From Auanema rhodensis (taxonomy: Eukaryota; Animalia; Nematoda), in assembly GCA_964057225.1 (NCBI GenBank), contig OZ059894.1:18538001-18602000 (forward strand): a stretch of DNA of 64,000 bases, written 5' to 3'. The position numbers and the translations under genes are program-made. The notes below the pieces were generated by a model. It made no database searches, was not told where the DNA came from, and worked only from the letters and a program-made list of their open reading frames with translations. Every line of letters begins with the position of its first letter. Position 1 is the stretch's first letter. Below are positions 26,138 through 41,100 of this stretch, one piece after another.

Positions 26138-29100
26138 ACGCTCAAAACAAAAATTAGTTATGATCGTTTGAAAAATGATGCATTAGTGTATGTTGAGTTT
26201 CCATGTACACTCAACATTGCTTCCAAAAACATTTTGACAAAAATTTTTTCGAAAAATTTCAAAATAATTTAGCAAAAAGTAGATGTTTTTAGATTCCTTT
26301 TTTCAAGGCAAAGACGATGGACAATGTTATTCAACGAAAAAATTAATTCTTCAGGGTGAAAATCGAGGATATAAGTGTGAACTTATATCAGTTGATATCT
26401 CGGTGCATTTTTAAGCTAGCGCAAATCTGTTAACACAGATCAACGCAGCTTAAAAATCCGCATCGAATGCACTATACTACATTGAGAAACGCTTAATACA
26501 AAAATTAGTTATGATCGTTTGAAAAATGATGCATTAGTGTATGTTGAGTTTCCATGTACACTCAACATTGCTTCCAAAAACATTTTGACAAAAATTTTTT
26601 CGAAAAATTTCAAAATAATTTAGCAAAAAGTAGATGTTTTTAGATTCCTTTTTTCAAGGCAAAGACGATGGACAATGTTATTCAACGAAAAAATTAATTC
26701 TTCAGGGTGAAAATCGAGGATATAAGTGTGAACTTATATCAGTTGATATCTCGGTGTATTTTTAAGCTAGCGCAAATCTGTTAACACAGATCAACGCAGC
26801 TTAAAAATCCGCATCGAATGCACTATACTACATTGAGAAACGCTTAATACAAAATTTAGTTATGATCGTTTGAAAAATGATGCATTAGTGTATGTTGAGT
26901 TTCCATGTACACTCAACATTGCTTCCAAAAACATTTTGACAAAAATTTTTTCGAGAAATTTCAAAATAATTTAGCAAAAAGTAGATGTTTTTAGATTCCT
27001 TTTTTTCAAGGCAAAGACGATGGACAATGTTATTCAACGAAAAAATTAATTCTTCAGGGTGAAAATCGAGGATATAAGTGTGAACTTATATCAGTTGATA
27101 TCTCGGTGCATTTTTAAGCTAGCGCAAATCTGATAACACAGATCAACGCAGCTTAAATATCCGCATCGAATGCACTATACTACATTGAGAAACGCTCAAA
27201 ACAAAAATTAGTTATGATCGTTTGAAAAATGATGCATTGCTTCAACATTGCTTCCAAAAACATTTTGACAAAAATTTTTTCGAGAAATTTCAAAATAATT
27301 TAGCAAAAAGTAGATGTTTTTAGATTCCTTTTTTCAAGGCAAAGACGATGGACAATGTTATTCAACGAAAAAATTAATTCTTCAGGGTGAAAATCGAGGA
27401 TATAAGTGTGAACTTATATCAGTTGATATCTCGGTGCAATTTTAAGCTAGCGCAAATCTGATAACACAGATCGACGCAGCTTAAAAATCCGCATCGAATG
27501 CACTATACTACATTGAGAAACGCTTAATACAAAAATTAGTTATGATCGTTTGAAACATGATGCATTGCTTCAACATTGCTTCCAAAAACATTTTGACAAA
27601 AATTTTTTCGAAAAATTTCAAAATAATTTAGCAAAAAGTAGATGTTTTTGATGCATTGCTTCAACATTGCTTCCAAAAACATTTTGACAAAAATTTTTTC
27701 GAAAAATTTCAAAATAATTTAGCAAAAAGTAGATGTTTTTAGATTCCTTTTTTCAAGGCAAAGACGATGGACAATGTCATTCAACGAAAAAATTAATTCT
27801 TCAGGGTGAAAATCGAGGATATAAGTGTGAACTTATATCAGTTGATATCTCGGTGCATTTTTAAGCTAGCGCAAATCTGATAACACAGATCGACGCAGCT
27901 TAAAAATCCGCATCGAATGCACTATACTACATTGAGAAACGCTCAAAACAAAAATTAGTTATGATCGTTTGAAAAATGATGCATTAGTGTATGTTGAGTT
28001 TCCATGTACACTCAACATTGCTTCCAAAAACATTTTGACAAAAATTTTTTCGAGAAATTTCAAAATAATTTAGCAAAAAGTAGATGTTTTTAGATTCCTT
28101 TTTTTCAAGGCAAAGACGATGGACAATGTTATTCAACGAAAAAATTAATTCTTCAGGGTGAAAATCGAGGATATAAGTGTGAACTTATATCAGTTGATAT
28201 CTCGGTGCATTTTTAAGCTAGCGCAAATCTGATAACACAGATCAACGCAGCTTAAAAATCCGCATCGAATGCACTATACTACATTGAGAAACGCTCAAAA
28301 CAAAAATTAGTTATGATCGTTTGAAAAATGATGCATTAGTGTATGTTGAGTTTCCATGTACACTCAACATTGCTTCCAAAAACATTTTGACAAAAATTTT
28401 TTCGAAAAATTTCAAAATAATTTAGCAAAAAGTAGATGTTTTTAGATTCCTTTTTTCAAGGCAAAGACGATGGACAATGTTATTCAACGAAAAAATTAAT
28501 TCTTCAGGGTGAAAATCGAGGATATAAGTGTGAACTTATATCAGTTGATATCTCGGTGCATTTTTAAGCTAGCGCAAATCTGTTAACACAGATCAACGCA
28601 GCTTAAAAATCCGCATCGAATGCACTATACTACATTGAGAAACGCTTAATACAAAAATTAGTTATGATAGTTTGAAAAATGATGCATTAGTGTATGTTGA
28701 GTTTCCATGTACACTCAACATTGCTTCCAAAAACATTTTGACAAAAATTTTTTCGAAAAATTTCAAAATAATTTAGCAAAAAGTAGATGTTTTTAGATTC
28801 CTTTTTTCAAGGCAAAGACGATGGACAATGTTATTCAACGAAAAAATTAATTCTTCAGGGTGAAAATCGAGGATATAAGTGTGAACTTATATCAGTTGAT
28901 ATCTCGGTGTATTTTTAAGCTAGCGCAAATCTGTTAACACAGATCAACGCAGCTTAAAAATCCGCATCGAATGCACTATACTACATTGAGAAACGCTTAA
29001 TACAAAATTTAGTTATGATCGTTTGAAAAATGATGCATTAGTGTATGTTGAGTTTCCATGTACACTCAACATTGCTTCCAAAAACATTTTGACAAAAATT

Positions 29101-32100
29101 TTTTCGAAAAATTTCAAAATAATTTAGCAAAAAGTAGATGTTTTTAGATTCCTTTTTTCAAGGCAAAGACGATGGACAATGTTATTCAACGAAAAAATCA
29201 ATTCTTCAGGGTGAAAATCGAGGATATAAGTGTGAACTTATATCAGTTGATATCTCGGTGCATTTTTAAGCTAGCGCAAATCTGTTAACACAGATCAACG
29301 CAGCTTAAAAATCCGCATCGAATGCACTATACTACATTGAGAAACGCTTAAAACAAAAATTAGTTATGATCGTTTGAAAAATGATGCATTAGTGTATGTT
29401 GAGTTTCCATGTACACTCAACATTGCTTCCAAAAACATTTTGACAAAAATTTTTTCGAAAAATTTCAAAATAATTTAGCAAAAAGTAGATGTTTTTAGAT
29501 TCCTTTTTTCAAGGCAAAGACGATGGACAATGTTATTAAACGAAAAAATTAATTCTTCAGGGTGAAAATCGAGGATATAAGTGTGAACTTATATCAGTTG
29601 ATATCTCGGTGTATTTTTAAGCTAGCGCAAATCTGTTAACACAGATCAACGCAGCTTAAAAATCCGCATCGAATGCACTATACTACATTGAGAAACGCTT
29701 AATACAAAATTTAGTTATGATCGTTTGAAAAATGATGCATTAGTGTATGTTGAGTTTCCATGTACACTCAACATTGCTTCCAAAAACATTTTGACAAAAA
29801 TTTTTTCGAAAAATTTCAAAATAATTTAGCAAAAAGTAGATGTTTTTAGATTCCTTTTTTTCAAGGCAAAGACGATGGACAATGTTATTCAACGAAAAAA
29901 TTAATTCTTCAGGGTGAAAATCGAGGATATAAGTGTGAACTTATATCAGTTGATATCTCGGTGCATTTTTAAGCTAGCGCAAATCTGATAACACAGATCA
30001 ACGCAGCTTAAAAATCCGCATCGAATGCACTATACTACATTGAGAAACGCTCAAAACAAAAATTAGTTATGATCGTTTGAAAAATGATGCATTAGTGTAT
30101 GTTGAGTTTCCATGTACACTCAACATTGCTTCCAAAAACATTTTGACAAAAATTTTTTCGAAAAATTTCAAAATAATTTAGCAAAAAGTAGATGTTTTTA
30201 GATTCCTTTTTTCAAGGCAAAGACGATGGACAATGTTATTCAACGAAAAAATTAATTCTTCAGGGTGAAAATCGAGGATATAAGTGTGAACTTATATCAG
30301 TTGATATCTCGGTGCATTTTTAAGCTAGCGCAAATCTGTTAACACAGATCAACGCAGCTTAAAAATCCGCATCGAATGCACTATACTACATTGAGAAACG
30401 CTTAATACAAAAATTAGTTATGATCGTTTGAAAAATGATGCATTAGTGTATGTTGAGTTTCCATGTACACTCAACATTGCTTCCAAAAACATTTTGACAA
30501 AAATTTTTTCGAAAAATTTCAAAATAATTTAGCAAAAAGTAGATGTTTTTAGATTCCTTTTTTCAAGGCAAAGACGATGGACAATGTTATTCAACGAAAA
30601 AATTAATTCTTCAGGGTGAAAATCGAGGATATATGTGTGAACTTATATCAGTTGATATCTCGGTGTATTTTTAAGCTAGCGCAAATCTGTTAACACAGAT
30701 CAACGCAGCTTAAAAATCCGCATCGAATGCACTATACTACATTGAGAAACGCTTAATACAAAATTTAGTTATGATCGTTTGAAAAATGATGCATTAGTGT
30801 ATGTTGAGTTTCCATGTACACTCAACATTGCTTCCAAAAACATTTTGACAAAATTTTTTTCGAAAAATTTCAAAATAATTTAGCAAAAAGTAGATGTTTT
30901 TAGATTCCTTTTTTCAAGGCAAAGACGATGGACAATGTTATTCAACGAAAAAATTAATTCTTCAGGGTGAAAATCGAGGATATAAGTGTGAACTTATATC
31001 AGTTGATATCTCGGTGCATTTTTAAGCTAGCGCAAATCTGTTAACACAGATCAACGCAGCTTAAAAATCCGCATCGAATGCACTATACTACATTGAGAAA
31101 CGCTTAAAACAAAAATTAGTTATGATCGTTTGAAAAATGATGCATTAGTGTATGTTGAGTTTCCATGTACACTCAACATTGCTTCCAAAAACATTTTGAC
31201 AAAAATTTTTTCGAAAAATTTCAAAATAATTTAGCAAAAAGTAGATGTTTTTAGATTCCTTTTTTCAAGGCAAAGACGATGGACAATGTTATTAAACGAA
31301 AAAATTAATTCTTCAGGGTGAAAATCGAGGATATAAGTGTGAACTTATATCAGTTGATATCTCGGTGTATTTTTAAGCTAGCGCAAATCTGTTAACACAG
31401 ATCAACGCAGCTTAAAAATCCGCATCGAATGCACTATACTACATTGAGAAACGCTTAATACAAAATTTAGTTATGATCGTTTGAAAAATGATGCATTAGT
31501 GTATGTTGAGTTTCCATGTACACTCAACATTGCTTCCAAAAACATTTTGACAAAAATTTTTTCGAAAAATTTCAAAATAATTTAGCAAAAAGTAGATGTT
31601 TTTAGATTCCTTTTTTCAAGGCAAAGACGATGGACAATGTTATTCAACGAAAAAATTAATTCTTCAGGGTGAAAATCGAGGATATAAGTGTGAACTTATA
31701 TCAGTTGATATCTCGGTGCAATTTTAAGCTAGCGCAAATCTGATAACACAGATCGACGCAGCTTAAAAATCCGCATCGAATGCACTATACTACATTGAGA
31801 AACGCTTAATACAAAAATTAGTTATGATCGTTTGAAAAATGATGCATTAGTGTATGTTGAGTTTCCATGTACACTCAACATTGCTTCCAAAAACATTTTG
31901 ACAAAAATTTTTTCGAAAAATTTCAAAATAATTTAGCAAAAAGTAGATGTTTTTAGATTCCTTTTTTCAAGGCAAAGACGATGGACAATGTTATTCAACG
32001 AAAAAATTAATTCTTCAGGGTGAAAATCGAGGATATAAGTGTGAACTTATATCAGTTGATATCTCGGTGTATTTTTAAGCTAGCGCAAATCTGTTAACAC

Positions 32101-35100
32101 AGATCAACGCAGCTTAAAAATCCGCATCGAATGCACTATACTACATTGAGAAACGCTTAATACAAAATTTAGTTATGATCGTTTGAAAAATGATGCATTA
32201 GTGTATGTTGAGTTTCCATGTACACTCAACATTGCTTCCAAAAACATTTTGACAAAAATTTTTTCGAAAAATTTCAAAATAATTTAGCAAAAAGTAGATG
32301 TTTTTAGATTCCTTTTTTCAAGGCAAAGACGATGGACAATGTTATTCAACGAAAAAATTAATTCTTCAGGGTGAAAATCGAGGATATAAGTGTGAACTTA
32401 TATCAGTTGATATCTCGGTGCATTTTTAAGCTAGCGCAAATCTGTTAACACAGATCAACGCAGCTTAAAAATCCGCATCGAATGCACTATACTACATTGA
32501 GAAACGCTTAATACAAAATTTAGTTATGATCGTTTGAAAAATGATGCATTAGTGTATGTTGAGTTTCCATGTACACTCAACATTGCTTCCAAAAACATTT
32601 TGACAAAAATTTTTTCGAAAAATTTCAAAATAATTTAGCAAAAAGTAGATGTTTTTAGATTCCTTTTTTCAAGGCAAAGACGATGGACAATGTTATTCAA
32701 CGAAAAAATTAATTCTTCAGGGTGAAAATCGAGGATATAAGTGTGAACTTATATCAGTTGATATCTCGGTGCATTTTTAAGCTAGCGCAAATCTGTTAAC
32801 ACAGATCAACGCAGCTTAAAAATCCGCATCGAATGCACTATACTACATTGAGAAACGCTTAATACAAAAATTAGTTATGATCGTTTGAAAAATGATGCAT
32901 TAGTGTATGTTGAGTTTCCATGTACACTCAACATTGCTTCCAAAAACATTTTGACAAAAATTTTTTCGAAAAATTTCAAAATAATTTAGCAAAAAGTAGA
33001 TGTTTTTAGATTCCTTTTTTCAAGGCAAAGACGATGGACAATGTTATTCAACGAAAAAATTAATTCTTCAGGGTGAAAATCGAGGATATAAGTGTGAACT
33101 TATATCAGTTGATATCTCGGTGTATTTTTAAGCTAGCGCAAATCTGTTAACACAGATCAACGCAGCTTAAAAATCCGCATCGAATGCACTATACTACATT
33201 GAGAAACGCTTAATACAAAATTTAGTTATGATCGTTTGAAAAATGATGCATTAGTGTATGTTGAGTTTCCATGTACACTCAACATTGCTTCCAAAAACAT
33301 TTTGACAAAAATTTTTTCGAAAAATTTCAAAATAATTTAGCAAAAAGTAGATGTTTTTAGATTCCTTTTTTCAAGGCAAAGACGATGGACAATGTTATTC
33401 AACGAAAAAATTAATTCTTCAGGGTGAAAATCGAGGATATAAGTGTGAACTTATATCAGTTGATATCTCGGTGCATTTTTAAGCTAGCGCAAATCTGTTA
33501 ACACAGATCAACGCAGCTTAAAAATCCGCATCGAATGCACTATACTACATTGAGAAACGCTTAAAACAAAAATTAGTTATGATCGTTTGAAAAATGATGC
33601 ATTAGTGTATGTTGAGTTTCCATGTACACTCAACATTGCTTCCAAAAACATTTTGACAAAAATTTTTTCGAAAAATTTCAAAATAATTTAGCAAAAAGTA
33701 GATGTTTTTAGATTCCTTTTTTCAAGGCAAAGACGATGGACAATGTTATTAAACGAAAAAATTAATTCTTCAGGGTGAAAATCGAGGATATAAGTGTGAA
33801 CTTATATCAGTTGATATCTCGGTGTATTTTTAAGCTAGCGCAAATCTGTTAACACAGATCAACGCAGCTTAAAAATCCGCATCGAATGCACTATACTACA
33901 TTGAGAAACGCTTAATACAAAATTTAGTTATGATCGTTTGAAAAATGATGCATTAGTGTATGTTGAGTTTCCATGTACACTCAACATTGCTTCCAAAAAC
34001 ATTTTGACAAAAATTTTTTCGAAAAATTTCAAAATAATTTAGCAAAAAGTAGATGTTTTTAGATTCCTTTTTTCAAGGCAAAGACGATGGACAATGTTAT
34101 TCAACGAAAAAATTAATTCTTCAGGGTGAAAATCGAGGATATAAGTGTGAACTTATATCAGTTGATATCTCGGTGCAATTTTAAGCTAGCGCAAATCTGA
34201 TAACACAGATCGACGCAGCTTAAAAATCCGCATCGAATGCACTATACTACATTGAGAAACGCTTAATACAAAAATTAGTTATGATCGTTTGAAAAATGAT
34301 GCATTAGTGTATGTTGAGTTTCCATGTACACTCAACATTGCTTCCAAAAACATTTTGACAAAAATTTTTTCGAAAAATTTCAAAATAATTTAGCAAAAAG
34401 TAGATGTTTTTAGATTCCTTTTTTCAAGGCAAAGACGATGGACAATGTTATTCAACGAAAAAATTAATTCTTCAGGGTGAAAATCGAGGATATAAGTGTG
34501 AACTTATATCAGTTGATATCTCGGTGTATTTTTAAGCTAGCGCAAATCTGTTAACACAGATCAACGCAGCTTAAAAATCCGCATCGAATGCACTATACTA
34601 CATTGAGAAACGCTTAATACAAAATTTAGTTATGATCGTTTGAAAAATGATGCATTAGTGTATGTTGAGTTTCCATGTACACTCAACATTGCTTCCAAAA
34701 ACATTTTGACAAAAATTTTTTCGAAAAATTTCAAAATAATTTAGCAAAAAGTAGATGTTTTTAGATTCCTTTTTTCAAGGCAAAGACGATGGACAATGTT
34801 ATTCAACGAAAAAATTAATTCTTCAGGGTGAAAATCGAGGATATAAGTGTGAACTTATATCAGTTGATATCTCGGTGCATTTTTAAGCTAGCGCAAATCT
34901 GTTAACACAGATCAACGCAGCTTAAAAATCCGCATCGAATGCACTATACTACATTGAGAAACGCTTAATACAAAATTTAGTTATGATCGTTTGAAAAATG
35001 ATGCATTAGTGTATGTTGAGTTTCCATGTACACTCAACATTGCTTCCAAAAACATTTTGACAAAAATTTTTTCGAAAAATTTCAAAATAATTTAGCAAAA

Positions 35101-38100
35101 AGTAGATGTTTTTAGATTCCTTTTTTCAAGGCAAAGACGATGGACAATGTTATTCAACGAAAAAATTAATTCTTCAGGGTGAAAATCGAGGATATAAGTG
35201 TGAACTTATATCAGTTGATATCTCGGTGCATTTTTAAGCTAGCGCAAATCTATTAACACAGATCAACGCAGCTTAAAAATCCGCATCGAATGCACTATAC
35301 TACATTGAGAAACGCTTAAAACAAAAATTAGTTATGATCGTTTGAAAAATGATGCATTAGTGTATGTTGAGTTTCCATGTACACTCAACATTGCTTCCAA
35401 AAACATTTTGACAAAAATTTTTTCGAAAAATTTCAAAATAATTTAGCAAAAAGTAGATGTTTTTAGATTCCTTTTTTCAAGGCAAAGACGATGGACAATG
35501 TTATTCAACGAAAAAATTAATTCTTCAGGGTGAAAATCGAGGATATAAGTGTGAACTTATATCAGTTGATATCTCGGTGTATTTTTAAGCTAGCGCAAAT
35601 CTGTTAACACAGATCAACGCAGCTTAAAAATCCGCATCGAATGCACTATACTACATTGAGAAACGCTTAATACAAAATTTAGTTATGATCGTTTGAAAAA
35701 TGATGCATTAGTGTATGTTGAGTTTCCATGTACACTCAACATTGCTTCCAAAAACATTTTGACAAAAATTTTTTCGAAACATTTCAAATAAATTTAGCAA
35801 AAAGTAGATGTTTTTAGATTCCTTTTTTCAAGGCAAAGACGATGGACAATGTTATTCAACGAAAAAATTAATTCTTCAGGGTGAAAATTGAGGATATAAG
35901 TGTGAACTTATTTCAGTTGATATCTCGGTGCATTTTTAAGCTAGCGCAAATCTGTTAACACAGATCAACGCAGCTTAAAAATCCGCATCGAATGCACTAT
36001 ACTACATTGAGAAACGCTCAAAACAAAAATTAGTTATGATCGTTTGAAAAATGATGCATTAGTGTATGTTGAGTTTCCATGTACACTCAACATTGCTTCC
36101 AAAAACATTTTGACAAAAATTTTTTCGAAAAATTTCAAAATAATTTAGCAAAAAGTAGATGTTTTTAGATTCCTTTTTTTCAAGGCAAAGACGATGGACA
36201 ATGTTATTCAACGAAAAAATTAATTCTTCAGGGTGAAAATCGAGGATATAAGTGTGAACTTATATCAGTTGATATCTCGGTGCATTTTTAAGCTAGCACA
36301 AATCTGATAACACAGATCGACGCAGCTTAAAAATCCGCATCGAATGCACTATACTACATTGAGAAACGCTCAAAACAAAAATTAGTTATGATCGTTTGAA
36401 ACATGATGCATTGCTTCAACATTGCTTCCAAAAACATTTTGACAAAAATTTTTTCGAAAAATTTCAAAATAATTTAGCAAAAAGTAGATGTTTTTAGATT
36501 CCTTTTTTCAAGGCAAAGACGATGGACAATGTTATTCAACGAAAAAATTAATTCTTCAGGGTGAAAATCGAGGATATAAGTGTGAACTTATATCAGTTGA
36601 TATCTCGGTGCATTTTTAAGCTAGCGCAAATCTGATAACACAGATCGACGCAGCTTAAAAATCCGCATCGAATGCACTATACTACATTGAGAAACGCTTA
36701 ATACAAAAATTAGTTATGATCGTTTGAAACATGATGCATTGCTTCAACATTGCTTCCAAAAACATTTTGACAAAAATTTTTTCGAAAAATTTCAAAATAA
36801 TTTAGCAAAAAGTAGATGTTTTTGATGCATTGCTTCAACATTGCTTCCAAAAACATTTTGACAAAAATTTTTTCGAAAAATTTCAAAATAATTTAGCAAA
36901 AAGTAGATGTTTTTAGATTCCTTTTTTCAAGGCAAAGACGATGGACAATGTCATTCAACGAAAAAATTAATTCTTCAGGGTGAAAATCGAGGATATAAGT
37001 GTGAACTTATATCAGTTGATATCTCGGTGCATTTTTAAGCTAGCGCAAATCTGATAACACAGATCGACGCAGCTTAAAAATCCGCATCGAATGCACTATA
37101 CTACATTGAGAAACGCTCAAAACAAAAATTAGTTATGATCGTTTGAAAAATGATGCATTAGTGTATGTTGAGTTTCCATGTACACTCAACATTGCTTCCA
37201 AAAACATTTTGACAAAAATTTTTTCGAGAAATTTCAAAATAATTTAGCAAAAAGTAGATGTTTTTAGATTCCTTTTTTTCAAGGCAAAGACGATGGACAA
37301 TGTTATTCAACGAAAAAATTAATTCTTCAGGGTGAAAATCGAGGATATAAGTGTGAACTTATATCAGTTGATATCTCGGTGCATTTTTAAGCTAGCGCAA
37401 ATCTGATAACACAGATCAACGCAGCTTAAAAATCCGCATCGAATGCACTATACTACATTGAGAAACGCTCAAAACAAAAATTAGTTATGATCGTTTGAAA
37501 AATGATGCATTGCTTCAACATTGCTTCCAAAAACATTTTGACAAAAATTTTTTCGAGAAATTTCAAAATAATTTAGCAAAAAGTAGATGTTTTTAGATTC
37601 CTTTTTTCAAGGCAAAGACGATGGACAATGTTATTCAACGAAAAAATTAATTCTTCAGGGTGAAAATCGAGGATATAAGTGTGAACTTATATCAGTTGAT
37701 ATCTCGGTGCAATTTTAAGCTAGCGCAAATCTGATAACACAGATCGACGCAGCTTAAAAATCCGCATCGAATGCACTATACTACATTGAGAAACGCTTAA
37801 TACAAAAATTAGTTATGATCGTTTGAAACATGATGCATTGCTTCAACATTGCTTCCAAAAACATTTTGACAAAAATTTTTTCGAAAAATTTCAAAATAAT
37901 TTAGCAAAAAGTAGATGTTTTTGATGCATTGCTTCAACATTGCTTCCAAAAACATTTTGACAAAAATTTTTTCGAAAAATTTCAAAATAATTTAGCAAAA
38001 AGTAGATGTTTTTAGATTCCTTTTTTCAAAGCAAAGACGATGGACAATGTCATTCAACGAAAAAATTAATTCTTCAGGGTGAAAATCGAGGATATAAGTG

Positions 38101-41100
38101 TGAACTTATATCAGTTGATATCTCGGTGCATTTTTAAGCTAGCGCAAATCTGATAACACAGATCGACGCAGCTTAAAAATCCGCATCGAATGCACTATAC
38201 TACATTGAGAAACGCTCAAAACAAAAATTAGTTATGATCGTTTGAAAAATGATGCATTAGTGTATGTTGAGTTTCCATGTACACTCAACATTGCTTCCAA
38301 AAACATTTTGACAAAAATTTTTTCGAGAAATTTCAAAATAATTTAGCAAAAAGTAGATGTTTTTAGATTCCTTTTTTTCAAGGCAAAGACGATGGACAAT
38401 GTTATTCAACGAAAAAATTAATTCTTCAGGGTGAAAATCGAGGATATAAGTGTGAACTTATATCAGTTGATATCTCGGTGCATTTTTAAGCTAGCGCAAA
38501 TCTGATAACACAGATCAACGCAGCTTAAAAATCCGCATCGAATGCACTATACTACATTGAGAAACGCTCAAAACAAAAATTAGTTATGATCGTTTGAAAA
38601 ATGATGCATTAGTGTATGTTGAGTTTCCATGTACACTCAACATTGCTTCCAAAAACATTTTGACAAAAATTTTTTCGAAAAATTTCAAAATAATTTAGCA
38701 AAAAGTAGATGTTTTTAGATTCCTTTTTTCAAGGCAAAGACGATGGACAATGTTATTCAACGAAAAAATTAATTCTTCAGGGTGAAAATCGAGGATATAA
38801 GTGTGAACTTATATCAGTTGATATCTCGGTGCATTTTTAAGCTAGCGCAAATCTGTTAACACAGATCAACGCAGCTTAAAAATCCGCATCGAATGCACTA
38901 TACTACATTGAGAAACGCTCAAAACAAAAATTAGTTATGATCGTTTGAAACATGATGCATTGCTTCAACATTGCTTCCAAAAACATTTTGACAAAAATTT
39001 TTTCGAAAAATTTCAAAATAATTTAGCAAAAAGTAGATGTTTTTAGATTCCTTTTTTCAAGGCAAAGACGATGGACAATGTTATTCAACGAAAAAATTAA
39101 TTCTTCAGGGTGAAAATCGAGGATATAAGTGTGAACTTATATCAGTTGATATCTCGGTGCATTTTTAAGCTAGCGCAAATCTGATAACACAGATCGACGC
39201 AGCTTAAAAATCCGCATCGAATGCACTATACTACATTGAGAAACGCTTAATACAAAAATTAGTTATGATCGTTTGAAACATGATGCATTGCTTCAACATT
39301 GCTTCCAAAAACATTTTGACAAAAATTTTTTCGAAAAATTTCAAAATAATTTAGCAAAAAGTAGATGTTTTTGATGCATTGCTTCAACATTGCTTCCAAA
39401 AACATTTTGACAAAAATTTTTTCGAAAAATTTCAAAATAATTTAGCAAAAAGTAGATGTTTTTAGATTCCTTTTTTCAAGGCAAAGACGATGGACAATGT
39501 CATTCAACGAAAAAATTAATTCTTCAGGGTGAAAATCGAGGATATAAGTGTGAACTTATATCAGTTGATATCTCGGTGCATTTTTAAGCTAGCGCAAATC
39601 TGATAACACAGATCGACGCAGCTTAAAAATCCGCATCGAATGCACTATACTACATTGAGAAACGCTCAAAACAAAAATTAGTTATGATCGTTTGAAAAAT
39701 GATGCATTAGTGTATGTTGAGTTTCCATGTACACTCAACATTGCTTCCAAAAACATTTTGACAAAAATTTTTTCGAGAAATTTCAAAATAATTTAGCAAA
39801 AAGTAGATGTTTTTAGATTCCTTTTTTTCAAGGCAAAGACGATGGACAATGTTATTCAACGAAAAAATTAATTCTTCAGGGTGAAAATCGAGGATATAAG
39901 TGTGAACTTATATCAGTTGATATCTCGGTGCATTTTTAAGCTAGCGCAAATCTGATAACACAGATCAACGCAGCTTAAAAATCCGCATCGAATGCAATAT
40001 ACTACATTGAGAAACGCTCAAAACAAAAATTAGTTATGATCGTTTGAAAAATGATGCATTGCTTCAACATTGCTTCCAAAAACATTTTGACAAAAATTTT
40101 TTCGAGAAATTTCAAAATAATTTAGCAAAAAGTAGATGTTTTTAGATTCCTTTTTTCAAGGCAAAGACGATGGACAATGTTATTCAACGAAAAAATTAAT
40201 TCTTCAGGGTGAAAATCGAGGATATAAGTGTGAACTTATATCAGTTGATATCTCGGTGCAATTTTAAGCTAGCGCAAATCTGATAACACAGATCGACGCA
40301 GCTTAAAAATCCGCATCGAATGCACTATACTACATTGAGAAACGCTTAATACAAAAATTAGTTATGATCGTTTGAAACATGATGCATTGCTTCAACATTG
40401 CTTCCAAAAACATTTTGACAAAAATTTTTTCGAAAAATTTCAAAATAATTTAGCAAAAAGTAGATGTTTTTGATGCATTGCTTCAACATTGCTTCCAAAA
40501 ACATTTTGACAAAAATTTTTTCGAAAAATTTCAAAATAATTTAGCAAAAAGTAGATGTTTTTAGATTCCTTTTTTCAAGGCAAAGACGATGGACAATGTC
40601 ATTCAACGAAAAAATTAATTCTTCAGGGTGAAAATCGAGGATATAAGTGTGAACTTATATCAGTTGATATCTCGGTGCATTTTTAAGCTAGCGCAAATCT
40701 GATAACACAGATCGACGCAGCTTAAAAATCCGCATCGAATGCACTATACTACATTGAGAAACGCTCAAAACAAAAATTAGTTATGATCGTTTGAAAAATG
40801 ATGCATTAGTGTATGTTGAGTTTCCATGTACACTCAACATTGCTTCCAAAAACATTTTGACAAAAATTTTTTCGAGAAATTTCAAAATAATTTAGCAAAA
40901 AGTAGATGTTTTTAGATTCCTTTTTTTCAAGGCAAAGACGATGGACAATGTTATTCAACGAAAAAATTAATTCTTCAGGGTGAAAATCGAGGATATAAGT
41001 GTGAACTTATATCAGTTGATATCTCGGTGCATTTTTAAGCTAGCGCAAATCTGATAACACAGATCAACGCAGCTTAAAAATCCGCATCGAATGCACTATA

